Assembly (NCBI GenBank): GCA_036867785.1 | Contig: CP145412.1 | Location: 1,116,001-1,180,000, forward strand | Length of the DNA stretch: 64,000 nucleotides | Direction: 5' to 3' | Source: Plasmodiophora brassicae | Taxonomy: Eukaryota | Shown here: positions 12,386-24,975 of the stretch, piece by piece | How positions within the stretch are numbered: position 1 is the first letter of the stretch | Layout of the letters: each line of letters opens with the position of its first letter | Position numbers and translations under genes: made by a program | The notes under the pieces: generated by a model | Databases searched by the model: none | Seen by the model: only the letters and a program-made list of their open reading frames with translations | Told to the model about the DNA's origin: nothing

Positions 12386-14008
12386 ATGTCGAGCATCATC
12401 ACGTTCGCTCTCATCACCGCCTTCTCGTTGCTCGTGTCGGCCCAAGGTTCTGCTTGACTGTCATCGGTGATCAGCCACCTGACCATGTGTCATGCTGCAG
12501 GGCAAGGGCAGCCCGGAGCACCATGCAATCAATCTCCAGGAACGCTGTCGTGTGGCACGAACGCAGGACAGGGTGCCGTGCTGCAATGCGTCAATGGGCA
12601 GTACGTTCTGGTCCAGACCTGTAACATTGGTGCCAACACGGCTTGCGGTCTCATGAACGGCATTCCCTTCTGCCTGACACCGGCGGAGGCGACTGCTCAA
12701 ACGGCGCCAGCCACGATCGCGACCACGAAGCCCCCGGGTACAGAGCTGGAGTGTCGCAGGCAGAGTTGTGCTGTCTAAGACAACGGTGAATGTCCAGTGC
12801 AAACCTTCCAGGTCGGCCAGGCCTGCAACTTCCCGGTCGGAACGTTCGGCTGTGGACCTGCGAACGCGCAAGGCCAAGACGGGATCCTGGTCTGCATTCA
12901 GGGCGCATGGGTCCTTGCCGACCACTGCGACGATGAGGAGAACGTTCGCTGCACCATTGGTAACGCTGGCAACGTGAACTTCCCCATCTGCCTGCCTCGG
13001 ACGCCACCCGCTCAGGCGGCGGTGTCCGTTCCAGCCAGCCAGGCCCCTCCCGTCACTGGTGGGTCCACCCTCTAGTAGTAGGGGACGCAACATTCCCAGC
13101 TGACAGCCTGGGCTGCCTTTGTGCAGGTCAAGTTTTCCAGGCTGGGCAGGGGTGCAACCTGCCGATCGGGACGTTCGGTTGCGGACAGACTACTGCCCAA
13201 GGGCAGGACGAGATTCTGGTCTGCATCCAGAACGCGTGGGTCGTTGCCGACCACTGCGACGACGAGGAGAACGTTCGCTGCACCATTGGTAACGCTGGCA
13301 ACGTCAACTTCCCCGTCTGCTTGCCTCGAGCGACAGCAGCTCAGCCGGCGGCGGCTACCGTTAGCACCAATGTCGCAGCGAGCCAGGCCCCTCCCGTCAC
13401 CGGTGACCCTCGCACCTTGCACAAGGGCACATCCCCGAATAACGATGACACTATATCTCTGTAGGTCAAGTGTTCCAGGTCGGCCAGGCCTGCAACTTGC
13501 CGATTGGGACGTTCGGTTGCGGACAGACTACTGCCCAAGGGCAGGACGAGATTCTGGTCTGCATCCAGGGCGCGTGGGTCCTTGCCGACCACTGCGACGA
13601 CGAGGAAAACGTCCGCTGCACCATCGGTAACGCTGGCAACGTCAACTTCCCCGTCTGCTTGCCTCGAGCGACAGCAGCTCAGCCGGGTGCTACCGGTAGC
13701 ACCAATGTCACAGCGAGCCAGGCCCCTCCCGTCACCGGTGACTTCCGCATCTTGCGCACGTGGGCACATCCCTGTATAACGATGACACTATCTCTGTAGG
13801 TCAAGTGTTCCAGGTCGGGCAGGCCTGCAACTTGCCGATCGGGACGTTCGGTTGCGGACAGACTACTGCCCAAGGGCAGGACGAGATTCTGGTCTGCATC
13901 CAGGGCGCGTGGGTCCTTGCCGACCACTGCGACGACGAGGAGAACGTCCGCTGCACGATCGGCAACGCTGGCAACGTCAACTTCCCCGTCTGCAAGCCTC
14001 GCCAGTAG
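12386..14008 (+). CDS. Secreted cysteine-rich protein with five six-Cys modules, candidate effector or wall protein
   Basis: Signal peptide MSSIITFALITAFSLLVSAQG; one divergent module (12.5-12.7 kb), then four near-identical CNxPxGTFGCG..LVCIQxAWVxADHCDDEENVRCTIGNAGNVNFPxC modules on separate exons. Confidence 0.8.
12798..14000 (+). repeat. Tandem exon+intron repeat, four units of about 330 bp
   Basis: Near-identical DNA units start near 12798, 13127, 13465 and 13800. The last two introns are also similar (aacgatgacacta..tctctgtag). Confidence 0.92.
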
Positions 14009-14472
14009 AGTCATCAACGCTCTGCCTCACCGTTCTGCAACCGACCACCGTTGTGAAACCGACCACCTTTCTGAAACCGGCCAACTTCATCAATAAAACA
14101 ACTCGTTTGCTGTGGTAGAGGCTCGGGATTAAAGCGGTTTGGATGAACGATCTGTTACGTTACGTACGTCGTGTCTCGATGCTGCCCGAGCAGTCTGGGC
14201 AGATCGTGGAATGGGCTGAACGCGAAGCCGTTATCGTCAGGCTTGGCGCGCCCCCGGCACCAGTCGTCCTACAGTAGATTCGTGCCATTCGGAACACCAG
14301 GCGGGTTACAAAGCGGGGTCACCCATTGCAGACAGTTACAGGAACCGTAATTGGAGAACAATTGGAGTTGGCAGGATACTACTGAGTATCCTCCGGTACG
14401 GGACAGGCAGTAATTCCAACAATGTATTTTGCCTGGACATTCCAGGTACGATACAGTGCGAAGCTCGCCACG

Positions 14473-17136
14473 TCAGGCGGTAGATCCAGTCGTGCTGGCG
14501 GCGCCCCGAATGGCGCTGCTGAAATTGCCCTGCGCCCCTGTTCGCATCTGAGTCGAGGCGGGCTTATGGTCGCCAAGGACGCTCGGCGGGCGGGTCTGCT
14601 GGTTGTTCGTCGACCCATCCATCGCCTTGATCTCCGCGATCGTGTACGCCGACATGATGAGGAACTTCGGGATGAACAGGCTGCCAACACACGCCAGAAC
14701 GAGCAGGAACGTCGCCGTCGTGCGAATCAGAAGCGACACGGTCGGGTTCCCCACCATAGCCACCAAGGTTGGCACGGCCAGCGCTGACACGATCGCCACC
14801 GTATACATGCAGATCGCTATTGCAAGGCGTTCAGTGATCCAGGACGTCACCAGGCGCACCACACGATTACCAATGTGTTTGCTCTCGTTGAACAGTAGTA
14901 GCGGGACCTGCAGGACAGCACCGTTCAGTGACCAATCAACGTACAGTCGCAACGGTAATGGTTACGTTGCGGGTGCGATAGGCGAGCATGGTTCCCCATG
15001 CGATCACGGCGGCCATGACGAGGCCAATGGCGTACAGACCAGCAGGGTGGTAATCGCATTGGTCGACGTACGGGAGGAGCGTAAACGTCAGCGATGCCGA
15101 TGGGCACTGCTGCGGAGCCTGGAACACTTTCCTGGCGGGTGACGTGGTCCCCTGGATGACCATCCAGACGGCCAGCAACGCTACGTTGAACAGCATGAAA
15201 GCAGCAAGTCGAACAGCAAGGTCCACATTAGAGATGATGTGCTTGCTGGTGGAGGTCATGCTGAACACCTGCGTCACGCGCCACGTCTTGAAGAACAACG
15301 CGCCGAACATCAACGAGAAGCCCAGGGTGGTCAGCCAGGCCGTCGACCAGCACGACGACGACGATACGGGAAGCGTCCCCGACGTGATATTCGACAGAAG
15401 CAGCATGATGGCCCCCAGACAGATGGTGACGCAGAACAAGGGCGATGCCGATGCGATCACTGGATGATGCGTGTACGCAGCAATTACACCCAGGACGATC
15501 ACCACAGCGACGGTACCGATTGCGACCAGGACGATATTGATGACCCAAGCCCATTGCTTGGCCTCGACCGCCTGGATGCACTGCTGTGGTAGGGCCTGGA
15601 TCCCGTGTAACATCTGAACCAGCTGGCACTCCATCGTCAGCAGCGCGCCCTCCGGTGAAATCTTCTTCAGGAGAGCGGCGTTGACGGCGTTGTAGACGAC
15701 CGCGGACGAGTCCTGGTAGTTGGGGGAGGCGGCGGTCGACCATCGCGGCACCGTGTAGTTCTCGGGGACGGCCACGTCGCAGACCTGCAGCCCGCTGTCC
15801 GAGGCGTTACAGAGCCCGCGCCCGAAATAGATGTCCTTGTTGACCGGCATGTAGTTGATGCGGTGGAAGTTCCACTTCTGTGTCTGCTCCGAGACGATGA
15901 CGGAAACGGCGTGGGCCGCGGCACGCTGGTTCGTGGCCGACTTCGACACGGCGACCATGAACCCGCCGAGCGTCCCGTGCGATGTGGTTCCAGGGCCTGC
16001 ACAGAAACGCGATGTCGGTGGCAGCGTCACGCTATAGACGTTCGACGACGTGACCGTCGTTAGGGAGTAGTGTGATGCCGGTGAGGGAGCCGAGCGCACC
16101 GGTCGCCCTGATATTGGAGATCGCATACGGCCAGTTCCGCATGAACGCTGCGTTCATGCCCAGGTACATATTAAGCGTTTCCTACAATAACGGGTGCGAT
16201 TAGACCATGACAAAGGGCATCTCAGGGGGCGGTCATACCGTCTCCGTATAGCCGGTGACAGCAGGGCCGGATATCGTATCCGTCCAGTGGACCATGCGGC
16301 GGAGTGCCTTCAGGGCCGCTGGGTTGTTGACGGTCACTCGTTTATCGGATTCGACAACGTTGCCGCCACCATGCGACGTCACCAACTAGCACAATAGCAT
16401 AAACGGAACGGCAGGCGAATGCCGAACAAGGACCAGTACCTCGAGTACATCGCAAGTCAGACCTTCGTAGGCCCGCCCTTGCCAGACGTACCCGACGAAC
16501 GCGTTATTGCTCGGACGTTCGCCATCCTTGCAAATTGTCAGGCTGGGCGTGTATGGCAACCGCGTCGGTCCCGACCTGGATCGTTTGCGCCATGTGCTCG
16601 AGCTCGGCCCAGGTGGTGGGCGGATGATCGAAATTGTACTTGGCGAGCAGGTCCTTTCGGTAGTAAAGGAAGCCGCTGTCGATGAACCAAGGGGCGGCAA
16701 CCTGGACGCCGTTCACGGTTGCAAATTGCCGTTCATTGTCGACCGGTGCCTCCAGCTGTGCCTCGGTCAACAGGGTTGACATATCGGATAGGTGCTCGGC
16801 CAAGTCGCCCGGCCAGATCACGTCGATGAAGACAACTGCCATCTGCGGGTCCTTCGCCTGGAAATGCTGCGTCAGGTACAGGAACTGGTCGTTGACGTCG
16901 CTGTTCAACTCATCCATCAGAATGGCAACCGGGCGGTCACGCGGACGCTTCACTGACTGCGGCAGCGTCGTGGTGGTGAGTATCGGGTCTGCCGAATCGT
17001 CCATGATGTTGATGGTGACCCGGTCAGAGTTCCCTCCTCCGTAACATGTCGTACACGACGACAAATTCGACAGCTTGAGCGCACCGGCTAGGTACCCGCC
17101 GGACAGCAACGCCAGCCACAGCCGGTGCATAGCCAT
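14473..17136 (-). CDS. Class-C-like 7TM receptor with N-terminal ABC-type sugar-binding (SBP family 1) domain
   Basis: Signal-like start MAMHRLWLALLSGG. SBP motifs DVIWPG, PWFIDSGFLYYRKDLL, GYVWQGRAYEGLTCD, FMRNWPYA, TLGG. Class C TM motifs VIASASPLF, GFSLMFGALFFKTWRV, LAYRTRNV, FNESKHI, LFIPKF. Confidence 0.85.
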
Positions 17137-17491
17137 CGTTTCCACCGCTCTCGGAACCGCCCACTGTCCACGCTCGACAGCCAGCCAGTCCCAGGCCAGC
17201 TCACGACACGGGACATGCAGGCTGCCAGCCCCTGGCGGCTGGCACGCACCGTTCACCTCGTGGTGGCACGCTGTGACGACACACAATGGCCAATGGCCAA
17301 TGGGCCAATGCCGCATTCTGTGACTGTGAACGTCAGCTGGCGTATCATCTGACGGCCAATCCCATCCGCCAGCGGAAACGGCGCGCTGCCTGTCCATCAC
17401 GGATGATACCGTTAACCCGCGGCTACATCGAGTGAGGTCACAGCAACAACGCCTCCCCGTCGCCGTCGACCGCTCGCACGTCACAATGGCC

Positions 17492-17820
17492 TGGATGTCG
17501 GGGACTGGCGGTTGCGGGCAGAACTTAGGACCGAGTCCTAGGATCTGTAGCTACGCCTTCAGAACGGTCGCCACTGGTTCTGGGAGCAGGTTGTGGTGTT
17601 TGAAGTTCAGGAATCTCGGGAACGAGAGCTTGGATCGTATGGTGCGTGCTAGTTCGGCGGTGGCTCGTGCAACAGTTGGATGACGACGTAATCACCTCCG
17701 GCGTGATAGTAAAGCCATGCCAGACGTTCCTCCAAGTCGGGCGACATGTGCTGCACGATCACTTGGTCGGTGGCTTTCACCAGATCGGCCTGTTGACGAC
17801 TGTCGTAATCCAACGGTATT
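17492..17820 (-). mobile_element. Penelope-like retroelement N-terminal fragment
   Basis: 17492-17670 closely matches 24087-24240 and encodes LGLGPKFCPQP, the L.KGL.F.P-type motif found upstream of PLE reverse transcriptases. Confidence 0.65.
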
Positions 17821-17919
17821 CCTGGACGAGTCGCTCATGACGTCGGGTGCAACAGGCGTCCCGGATCGAGTCCGCTGCGCCCCCAGAAGAATGCGAATCT
17901 TCCTGGTGTACGCGAACCG

Positions 17920-18082
17920 GATCCAGCCGCAGATTGCAACGTACGACGTCGACGGGCGTACGCCGATTGATCACGCGCCGACCTCTCGTGAGGCCGTCGC
18001 CGTCGTCAAACAGTTCATGGGGCGTGACCCGGACAGTGCCCGGTTCGCAGTGGTCGCCATCGTCGAACCACAGGACAGCTGA
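17920..18082 (+). pseudogene. Duplicated 3' end of the UCH gene
   Basis: Encodes YDVDGRTPIDHAPTSREAVAVVKQFMGRDPDSARFAVVAIVEPQDS*, a degenerate copy of the C-terminus encoded at 34608-34770. Confidence 0.88.
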
Positions 18083-18434
18083 ACCAGTTTGTTGGATTGT
18101 AAACGAACGCCAGATTTGTGAATGCCGGCTGCGCCTCCGATCAGAGCGTTCGTACAGCGTTGACCGATCGTTGGGTGCGTTCTCGTTCTTCAATCGCAAG
18201 CGGGGGCGACGCGCGCGTATACCGCGGAAACGATTGGGACCATAATGCATGTTCATGCCAAGAGACGAAATGACAGTGCCTTCCAGACGACGTAACGGTT
18301 GTGCAGGGGTTGCAGGTGGCGGAAGGCCGATCCGCGCCTGTGTTGCAGAGACAGACAGGGTTGACAATCAATGCACGCTGCCAGCCTGCCGCTCAAGAGC
18401 AGTCAACCGCCAGAGTCTCCTGCAGACAGGTCGT

Positions 18435-18435
<1 letters not shown>

Positions 18436-18465
<30 letters not shown>
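18436..18465. repeat. (GT)n microsatellite, about 15 units
   Basis: Read directly from the sequence. Confidence 0.95.
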
Positions 18466-18466
<1 letters not shown>

Positions 18467-19508
18467 TGTGTAACGTGGCACCCCCGCTGTGGCGCGTGCC
18501 CTGGATAGTTTAGCCACTCGGACGCTAAGCGGTACGACCGGAATTCTCGGCCACATAACGATTCGGTGTTGCTGGGAAGGTATGGGCAACAACCAGGGCA
18601 GGTCGTGCGACGCCGTACCCACTGGGCGCCAGCAGAACGACCGGTCGACAACGAGGCAGCTGTCTCGGGTACGTCGTGGGCTGGCGCGGGGCCTACGCAG
18701 CCTGGGCGCATGGCTGTCACCCCCGGACGTCCTCGACGACCTGGCAACCTGCGACACAAGGTCCAGTCCCACACCTGAACTGGCAGCACCTTCTGGGGTG
18801 TCTCCACCAGCGCCACCACCCGGACCTCCGGGCGCCCCAGGTTCGTCAACCAGAGGTACATTCCGCGATGCTGTTCTGAGTAGTGCAGGCGCCCCGTCAC
18901 CACCCGGAGGACCTGTCGCAATTCGATCGCCAGGCACGGCTCGTCCGGGCTGGAAACCGAACCCGGAACGTCCCAGGAACTGATGGACTACCATTGTTCC
19001 TGGGACATTCCGGGTTCGGTTTCCAGCCCGGACGAGCAGTTCCTGGCGATCGAATTGCGACAGGTCCTCCGGGTGGTGACGGGGCGCCTGCACTACTCAG
19101 AACAGCATCGCGGAATGTACCTCTGGTTGACGAACCTGGGGCGCCCGGAGGTCCGGGTGGTGGCGCTGGTGGAGACACTCCAGAAGGTGCTGCCAGTTCA
19201 GGTGCGGGACTGGACCTTGTGTCGCAGGTTGCCAGGTAGTCGAGGACATCCGGGGGTGACAGGCACGCGCCCAGGCTGCGCAGGCCCCGCGCCAGCGCAC
19301 GACGTAGACGAGGCAGCTGCCTCGTTGACTGCGCGTTCTGCTGGCGCCCAGAGGGCACGGCGTCGCACGACCTGCCCTGGTTGCTGCTCATACCTTCCCA
19401 GCAACACCGAATCGTTATGTGGCCGCGAATCCCGGTCGTACCGCTTAGCGTCCGAGTGGCTAACTATCTGCATAGGGCACGCGCCAATGCGGGGGTGCGC
19501 AGACACAC
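18460..19508. repeat. Long fold-back inverted repeat (arms about 520 bp, about 15 bp spacer at 18981-18995) of dispersed repeat R
   Basis: ...cccggaacgtcccaggaac | tgatggactaccatt | gttcctgggacattccggg...; mirror ORFs on both strands; a third copy lies at 33855-34380. Confidence 0.93.
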
Positions 19509-19679
19509 GGGGGTCTTCCCGCGGGATGACACCCCCAGTTGATCCCGCGGGACGAAAAATGCCATTCGTCCCGCGAGCTGCTGCCTCCCGCAATCGTCCT
19601 GCCGCCTGCGGGACTGCGGGTGCCCGCGTGGCGCGTGCGCTGTCCGTGACCAGCGCTGCGCATTTCTGAGCGGTGTGTG

Positions 19680-19755
19680 GATGGCGAGCATTGATCTGGC
19701 TGAGATCGAGATGGCGAGCATTGATCTGGTTGAGATCGAGATGGCGGGCATTGAG
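19680..19755. repeat. 30-bp tandem repeat, about 2.5 copies
   Basis: gatggcgagcattgatctgg(c/t)tgagatcga twice, plus a partial third copy. Confidence 0.9.
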
Positions 19756-20256
19756 GAGGCCGCCGTGGGCGGTCGGCGCGGTTTGGTTTCGAACCAGAAA
19801 ACCGGGAACCAAACCGAAACTGCGCGGTTTGGGTTCCAGGTGGACCCAATTAGTTTGGTTAGTTCGAGGTCCGCCCAAACCGGTTGTTCCGGTGGAACCG
19901 GTTTGAACCGAGGTTCGCACTGGGTGGTCCGGCGTCCGCATAGTGGCCCCAGCGCCGCCCGTATCGCGTTCGAAGCAGTTTGGGAGCGTAAGAGGTCTGT
20001 TCTCGTGTCTGCTATGCCTGGTCATCGCCCATATTGAGCAAGCATCATCGACTACGGTTTGTCGTCATCGTCTGAGACTGGTGTCGAGTATATTCCCCCT
20101 AAGCTGGATGGCAATCAGCAACGCGGCCTCGCCGACAATGTCGATGTCGAACTTCTTCTGAAGGAGTTGGGTTAGGGACCTTTACGCCACACACTGTCGT
20201 GGTTCATATGAACCACGGTTTGTTGGTTTGGTTTGTTTGGTTCCGGTTTGTAGCTA

Positions 20257-21005
20257 TGAAGTCGGTCGCGTGAAAATGAAAGCAGTTCGACGGCATCAGC
20301 CGTCGATTGGCCAGTGATGACCAGGTGGTCATCGTCATCAGCGGACGTTGCCGCAGGGTGAAGAGCACCGTAGAGCGACTGGGTAATCGCCTGAACGTGA
20401 GGGTCGTCACCCGGTCCGTTGAACACAATATGAAGTCGGTCGCGTGAAAATGAAAGCAGCTCGACGCCATCATACTTCGAAACACGCGCAGAGAGCTGCA
20501 CCGACACGCCGGCCCTGGCAACGAACCGGTGCAGGTACTCGCTGACGGCAGCGGCCGTCGATTGGTCGGTGATGGTATACTCCTGGTCGACCTCCATCGC
20601 CATAGTTCGGTTCAGCCCTGATGGAGGTCGACCAGGAGTATACCATCACCGACCAATCGACGGCCGTTGAACCAGTCAACAACGGCGACGAATCTCTTCC
20701 GCGTCCCGACGTGCCGTCATCGGCGGCATTGTTGAACCAGTCAACAACGGCGACGAATCTCTTGAGTACCTGCACCGGTTCGTTGCCAGGGCCGGCGTGT
20801 CGGTGCAGCTCTCTGCGCGCGCTTCGAAGTATGATGGCGTCGAACTGCTTTCATTTTCACGCGACCGACTTCACATTGTGTTCAACGGACCGGGTGACGA
20901 CCCTCACGTTCAGGCGATTACCCAGTCGCTCTACGGTGCTCTTCACCCTGCGGCAACGTCCGCTGACCACCTGGTTATCACTGAGCAATCGACGGCTGAT
21001 GCCGT
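20257..21005. repeat. Fold-back inverted duplication of a short unknown ORF (spacer 20599-20619)
   Basis: ORF 20172-20603(-) and ORFs 20621/20797(+) encode the same EVDQEYTITDQST...SVQLSAR.SKYDGVELLSFSRDRLHIVFNGPGDDPHVQAITQSLYGALHPA. Confidence 0.9.
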
Positions 21006-22455
21006 CAGACCATATTTGCTGCGGTTCATTTGCTCGCACGATGTGCCATTAACACTGCACGACGCTAATTCCGCGATGAGTGGCGGGTTTCTGCTTCAAC
21101 AAACATCTCACGTCCTCCGTCTCCCGGGTCGGGCCCCGTGCCCTGTAGGCGGAAAAGGCGAAACCCGGTGACGTCAGATCGCCCCACCGAGCGACGGTCG
21201 GCCGACGAATCGGCATTCGCTCCGCCAAAGGCATTCCCGCGCCCCCTACTGCAGTGCATGACATCGTACCCACACCGGTACCCGGCCGCTGCGAGGACAA
21301 CCCCACCCGCACCCGTACCCGACCGGTCGGGAGCTGGTCTGGCTCGGCCGTGACATAAGTAACGCTAGCGTCGGGTGGAGGACGGAGCCGGTCTCGCTCG
21401 ACAGTCAGCTGTTTGTCATCGGCGTCCATCATAAAACTGTGTAGCTGCATCATCGCAGCCAGCGGCTCCCCTAATTAACCGATACACGTTACGTAGGCAG
21501 GTTGCAGACCGAACGAACACCGAACCTTGCATAGTGTAGGGGCACCCCATGACAAACGAACGGCGGATACGTGATCATCGGCAGCAGAAGCGGACTTCGA
21601 AAACGCTTTGAGACACCGTCCAACCAGAGCCAGGGGGAACATTACGTCCGAATCATGCGCAATCTGTGCATGCCCTTCAGGGACACAATCAAGGTACACA
21701 CGCTTCTTGGCCCAAAATTCATTGATCTGTGTAACAATCAAGAATCAGCTTCAGATGGAGCTGGCAGCAGCATCTTCAATAGCGTATCCTACGTACGTGG
21801 CGGCGGCAGGTCTGCAAACACTCCTGGATCCCCTGATAGTTTCGAGCACTGACGCCAGCGTCAATATCAGCAACAGCAACAGGCAGCTATGACGCAGCAG
21901 GTACCCCATTATTTGTGTAGCGTACCGGATGACAGAAAACAGACTCTAGCGGCCGGGTGACTGATCAGACATGTGTGAACAGCCCACGAACGATATACTA
22001 ACCATGATCGTGCTCGCGATGAAGAACGGGGTCTCGGCGTGGCGAACTTTCGGTTTCAGCCAATGCACCATCGTTGTTGGGCACATCCTCCTCCGCTCCG
22101 CGATCTGCAGGTCGCAATGGTAAGCGTCAACAGGCATGGGCAACGTTAACCACGATGTACGCTAACCTTGCTGACGGCTAGCATCGTAAAACAGACATTT
22201 GCGCCCAGAACGACGATCTGTTGCAGTGACGCCATTCTGCAAACACGTATGACACTTGGCGGCCTGCCTGTCAGTTGCGGAACGGGCGTCAAGTCGAGAC
22301 GTGCGTTGAACACGATCAGGCATGCAGTCGGCCACGCATTGCCCCCTGACGCAACGGAGGACGAGCGGCAACGTGAGCTTCTTGAGGCTCCGCTGCAGGT
22401 CGGGCGCCGGCAAGATGCGACTAAAACCCGGTTTGCAGGGAGGCAAGCGTGGACA

Positions 22456-22640
22456 TCAAGCGCCGATACTGAAGATATCATCTTGAGCGCGATTGAAGAC
22501 AGCACCGATGCCGCTACACGGAATTAGTGTAGACCTACCAGAATAGTTAGGAATGAAGCACAACGCAAAGACTGCGCCTAACCTGAAATCGGGGCACGTG
22601 CAAGATGGAATGTTGCCGAGGGATACATCGCCGAGCATTA
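22456..22640 (-). pseudogene. Possible SWIM zinc-finger fragment
   Basis: VSLGNIPSCTCPDF resembles the start of a SWIM domain; the downstream CKH is not found in frame. Confidence 0.35.
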
Positions 22641-23020
22641 CGTGGTGTCGATCCGGCCGGCTGATCAGAGGTTCCCACTTCGTACTCCCCTGTCACTGTT
22701 AGGTAAACCCCAAACTGAATGCAGTATAGATTCTCACCTGTATCCACCTCCCTAACTGAGCTGAGAAGGCGCGAAATGAGATGTCTCTCTCGAAAATGCT
22801 ATCAACGTAGTCGCTCCAGTGCTTGCCCTTGCAACTAAGGTTGGACAATATTCTTGCCGCCTCGTCATCCTGCTGTTTCTGGACCATTTCCGATGCGTTA
22901 ACATCCCGAATAAGTTGGCACGGTTAGGTCCAGGAAGGCGACGGCTGCAGTGGAGGTCGTGACGTTCGCCTGGACTCCCGGTATGGTGACGTTCATCATG
23001 TTGATCACGTTCGCTAGCTC

Positions 23021-24975
23021 TTATGGGCTTCCACGGTCGATCGCGCACACGTCGTCGGTGAACCGGCCGTAAAACCGGAATCGGGGCGCGTGTGCTGCAT
23101 CGAATCCAGTCATGTACAGGTTGGCGCTGATAACGGAGACGGTGTCGCCCATTGCGATACCGTCCAGATGTTTGAATACCAGCCGCGAGCCATATTGAAA
23201 ATAGTTGGCTTCACAGATAAACCTTACTGCGTCGAGTACGAAGTCGATTGTTTCTTGGTTGCCGTTGAAGGGTAAATGCAGAGCGAGTCGTAGCGTTTCG
23301 TAGAGATGGCTCACGATCATCATCGTGTAGAGTGAGGCTACGTCGGCTGATAGTAGTATGTCGTCCTGTGTGACGTCCATAATTCCTTCGATCGTTGTGA
23401 TCCGCTGCGTAGCAAAGGTGGCATAGGCATGCGTTCCAAGATTGCCGTCGGAAAGGTGGATAGCTTTGTCGTGATGCATGCTGGTTCGTTGACAATCGGG
23501 CGTCATGTGGGACAGGGCCACTTGTTCTTGTGCAGCTTCAGTGGAATTTCGGCAGGCGCGACTCCGTATGACGCAGGAAGTTATCGGCTTGCTTCGTGGT
23601 GATGTTCCTGAGTCCTTTGGCGCATGCTTGCAGGTCCTTGAAGCGTCCCTTCAGGTTGCTTAACGAGGCGGTTCAGGTGTGCTCTCGATGTCCCCAATAC
23701 GATGGTAGTGGTCCGCGTCGTTCAAATGGGTATCACCATTTCATGATACGTTGCACCAGTGACGACGCATATGCCCAGGTCCTTGTCTGCCTGGACGATC
23801 TTAATCCTTGCATCACGTTTCAGTTGCAGTATCACCCTTGTTATGGTCGTCTTGGGCTTGACCAGGTAGATATTCGACATGATCACGTTTTGACTTGCGG
23901 TTCGCATGTACTTCGTTGGGACGAGACCGGGCGGCGAGGTCTCTGGGGTCATCCAGTAGTTCGGCTCTCGGAGACGACGGTCGTAGTGCGCGCGCGTTGT
24001 CTTCAACTTGGGTCACATTGTGGAAATAGTCGAACAGTAGTACTACCCGTCTTAATCAATATGCCGATGCTTGACGTTGATAGGTCTGGATGTCGGGGAC
24101 TGGCGGTTGCGGGCAGAACTTAGGACAGAGTCCTAGGATCTGTTGCTGTGCCTTCAGCTCGGTCGCCAGTGGTTCTGGGAGCGAATGTCGGGAACGGGGG
24201 CTTGGATCGTACGGTGCGTGCTAGTTCGGCGGCGGCTCGCGACTCGATTCGATGATGCACGTACACGTTAATCTTGGCTAGTCGCGCGCGTTGCCGTTTG
24301 GACGTGCCTGCCTGCGATTCCTTGCCCTTGTCGTCCTCGCCCTTGTCCCCGTCCCTGGCCTTGCCTGTTGTTGTTGTTGGCGTTGTTGCTTTTGTTGGAC
24401 GTGTCGTTTCTGCAGTTGGTGTTGTTGGACGGGCCGTTTCTGCTGCTTCTGCTATTGTTGTTGGTGTTGCGGGCGCCGCTGCGCCCGTCTTGGTTTGCCC
24501 TGGTTGCGTTGCTTCGGCCGCCGGGTCGGGCGTTCCGCCGGCCTTGCCCGTTTCCCTGCTGGTTGCTGGCCATGTACTTGGCGATAGCAGCTTGTAGTTG
24601 TTTTTCTGTAACTAGCCCATGGGGGCGTCTTGCTGTGCTCGTTGCGCCGCCAGTCGTTACGCCTTCTGTGCTTTTCGTTCTTCGTGGAGGATCTGCGTCA
24701 GTCGGACCTCCAGGCGAAAATGTTTGCTGTAGTGTTCGACCACGTCCTCGATGGGTTCCCGGAATCGAGCGGCAGGCTGGCAGCGTGCATTGTCAACTCT
24801 GTCCGCCTCTGCTACGAAACCGGTCGGGGCAGCTGGCTAACCGCGCCAGGCGCGGATCGGTCTTCTGCTACCCCTGCACAACCGTCGCGTTGTCTGGATG
24901 GCACTGCACTTTTCGTCGCATGGCATGAACATGCATTATGGGCACACCCGCTTCCGCTGTATCACGCGCGTATCG
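23021..24975 (-). mobile_element. Degenerate Penelope-like retroelement (RT truncated just after the catalytic DD)
   Basis: In order on the minus strand: N/G/R-rich ORF (24573-24268), LGLCPKFCP, IKIVQADKDLG, LPKF..KLHK..RPIV, LLSADVASLYT, NYFQY..GIAMG..S.ISANLYM, YGRFTDD. Stops and frameshifts are present. Confidence 0.82.

Noticed and set aside
12798-14000. Regular repeats as a CRISPR-like array
   Set aside because: The units are about 330-bp coding exons with introns, with no short repeat/unique spacer structure, in a eukaryotic context.
18368-19669. ORFs within the palindromic repeat as real genes
   Set aside because: Low-complexity mirror ORFs whose frames are not conserved among the three R copies.
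20168-20178. gggttaggg as an interstitial telomere repeat
   Set aside because: Only 1.5 units; expected by chance.
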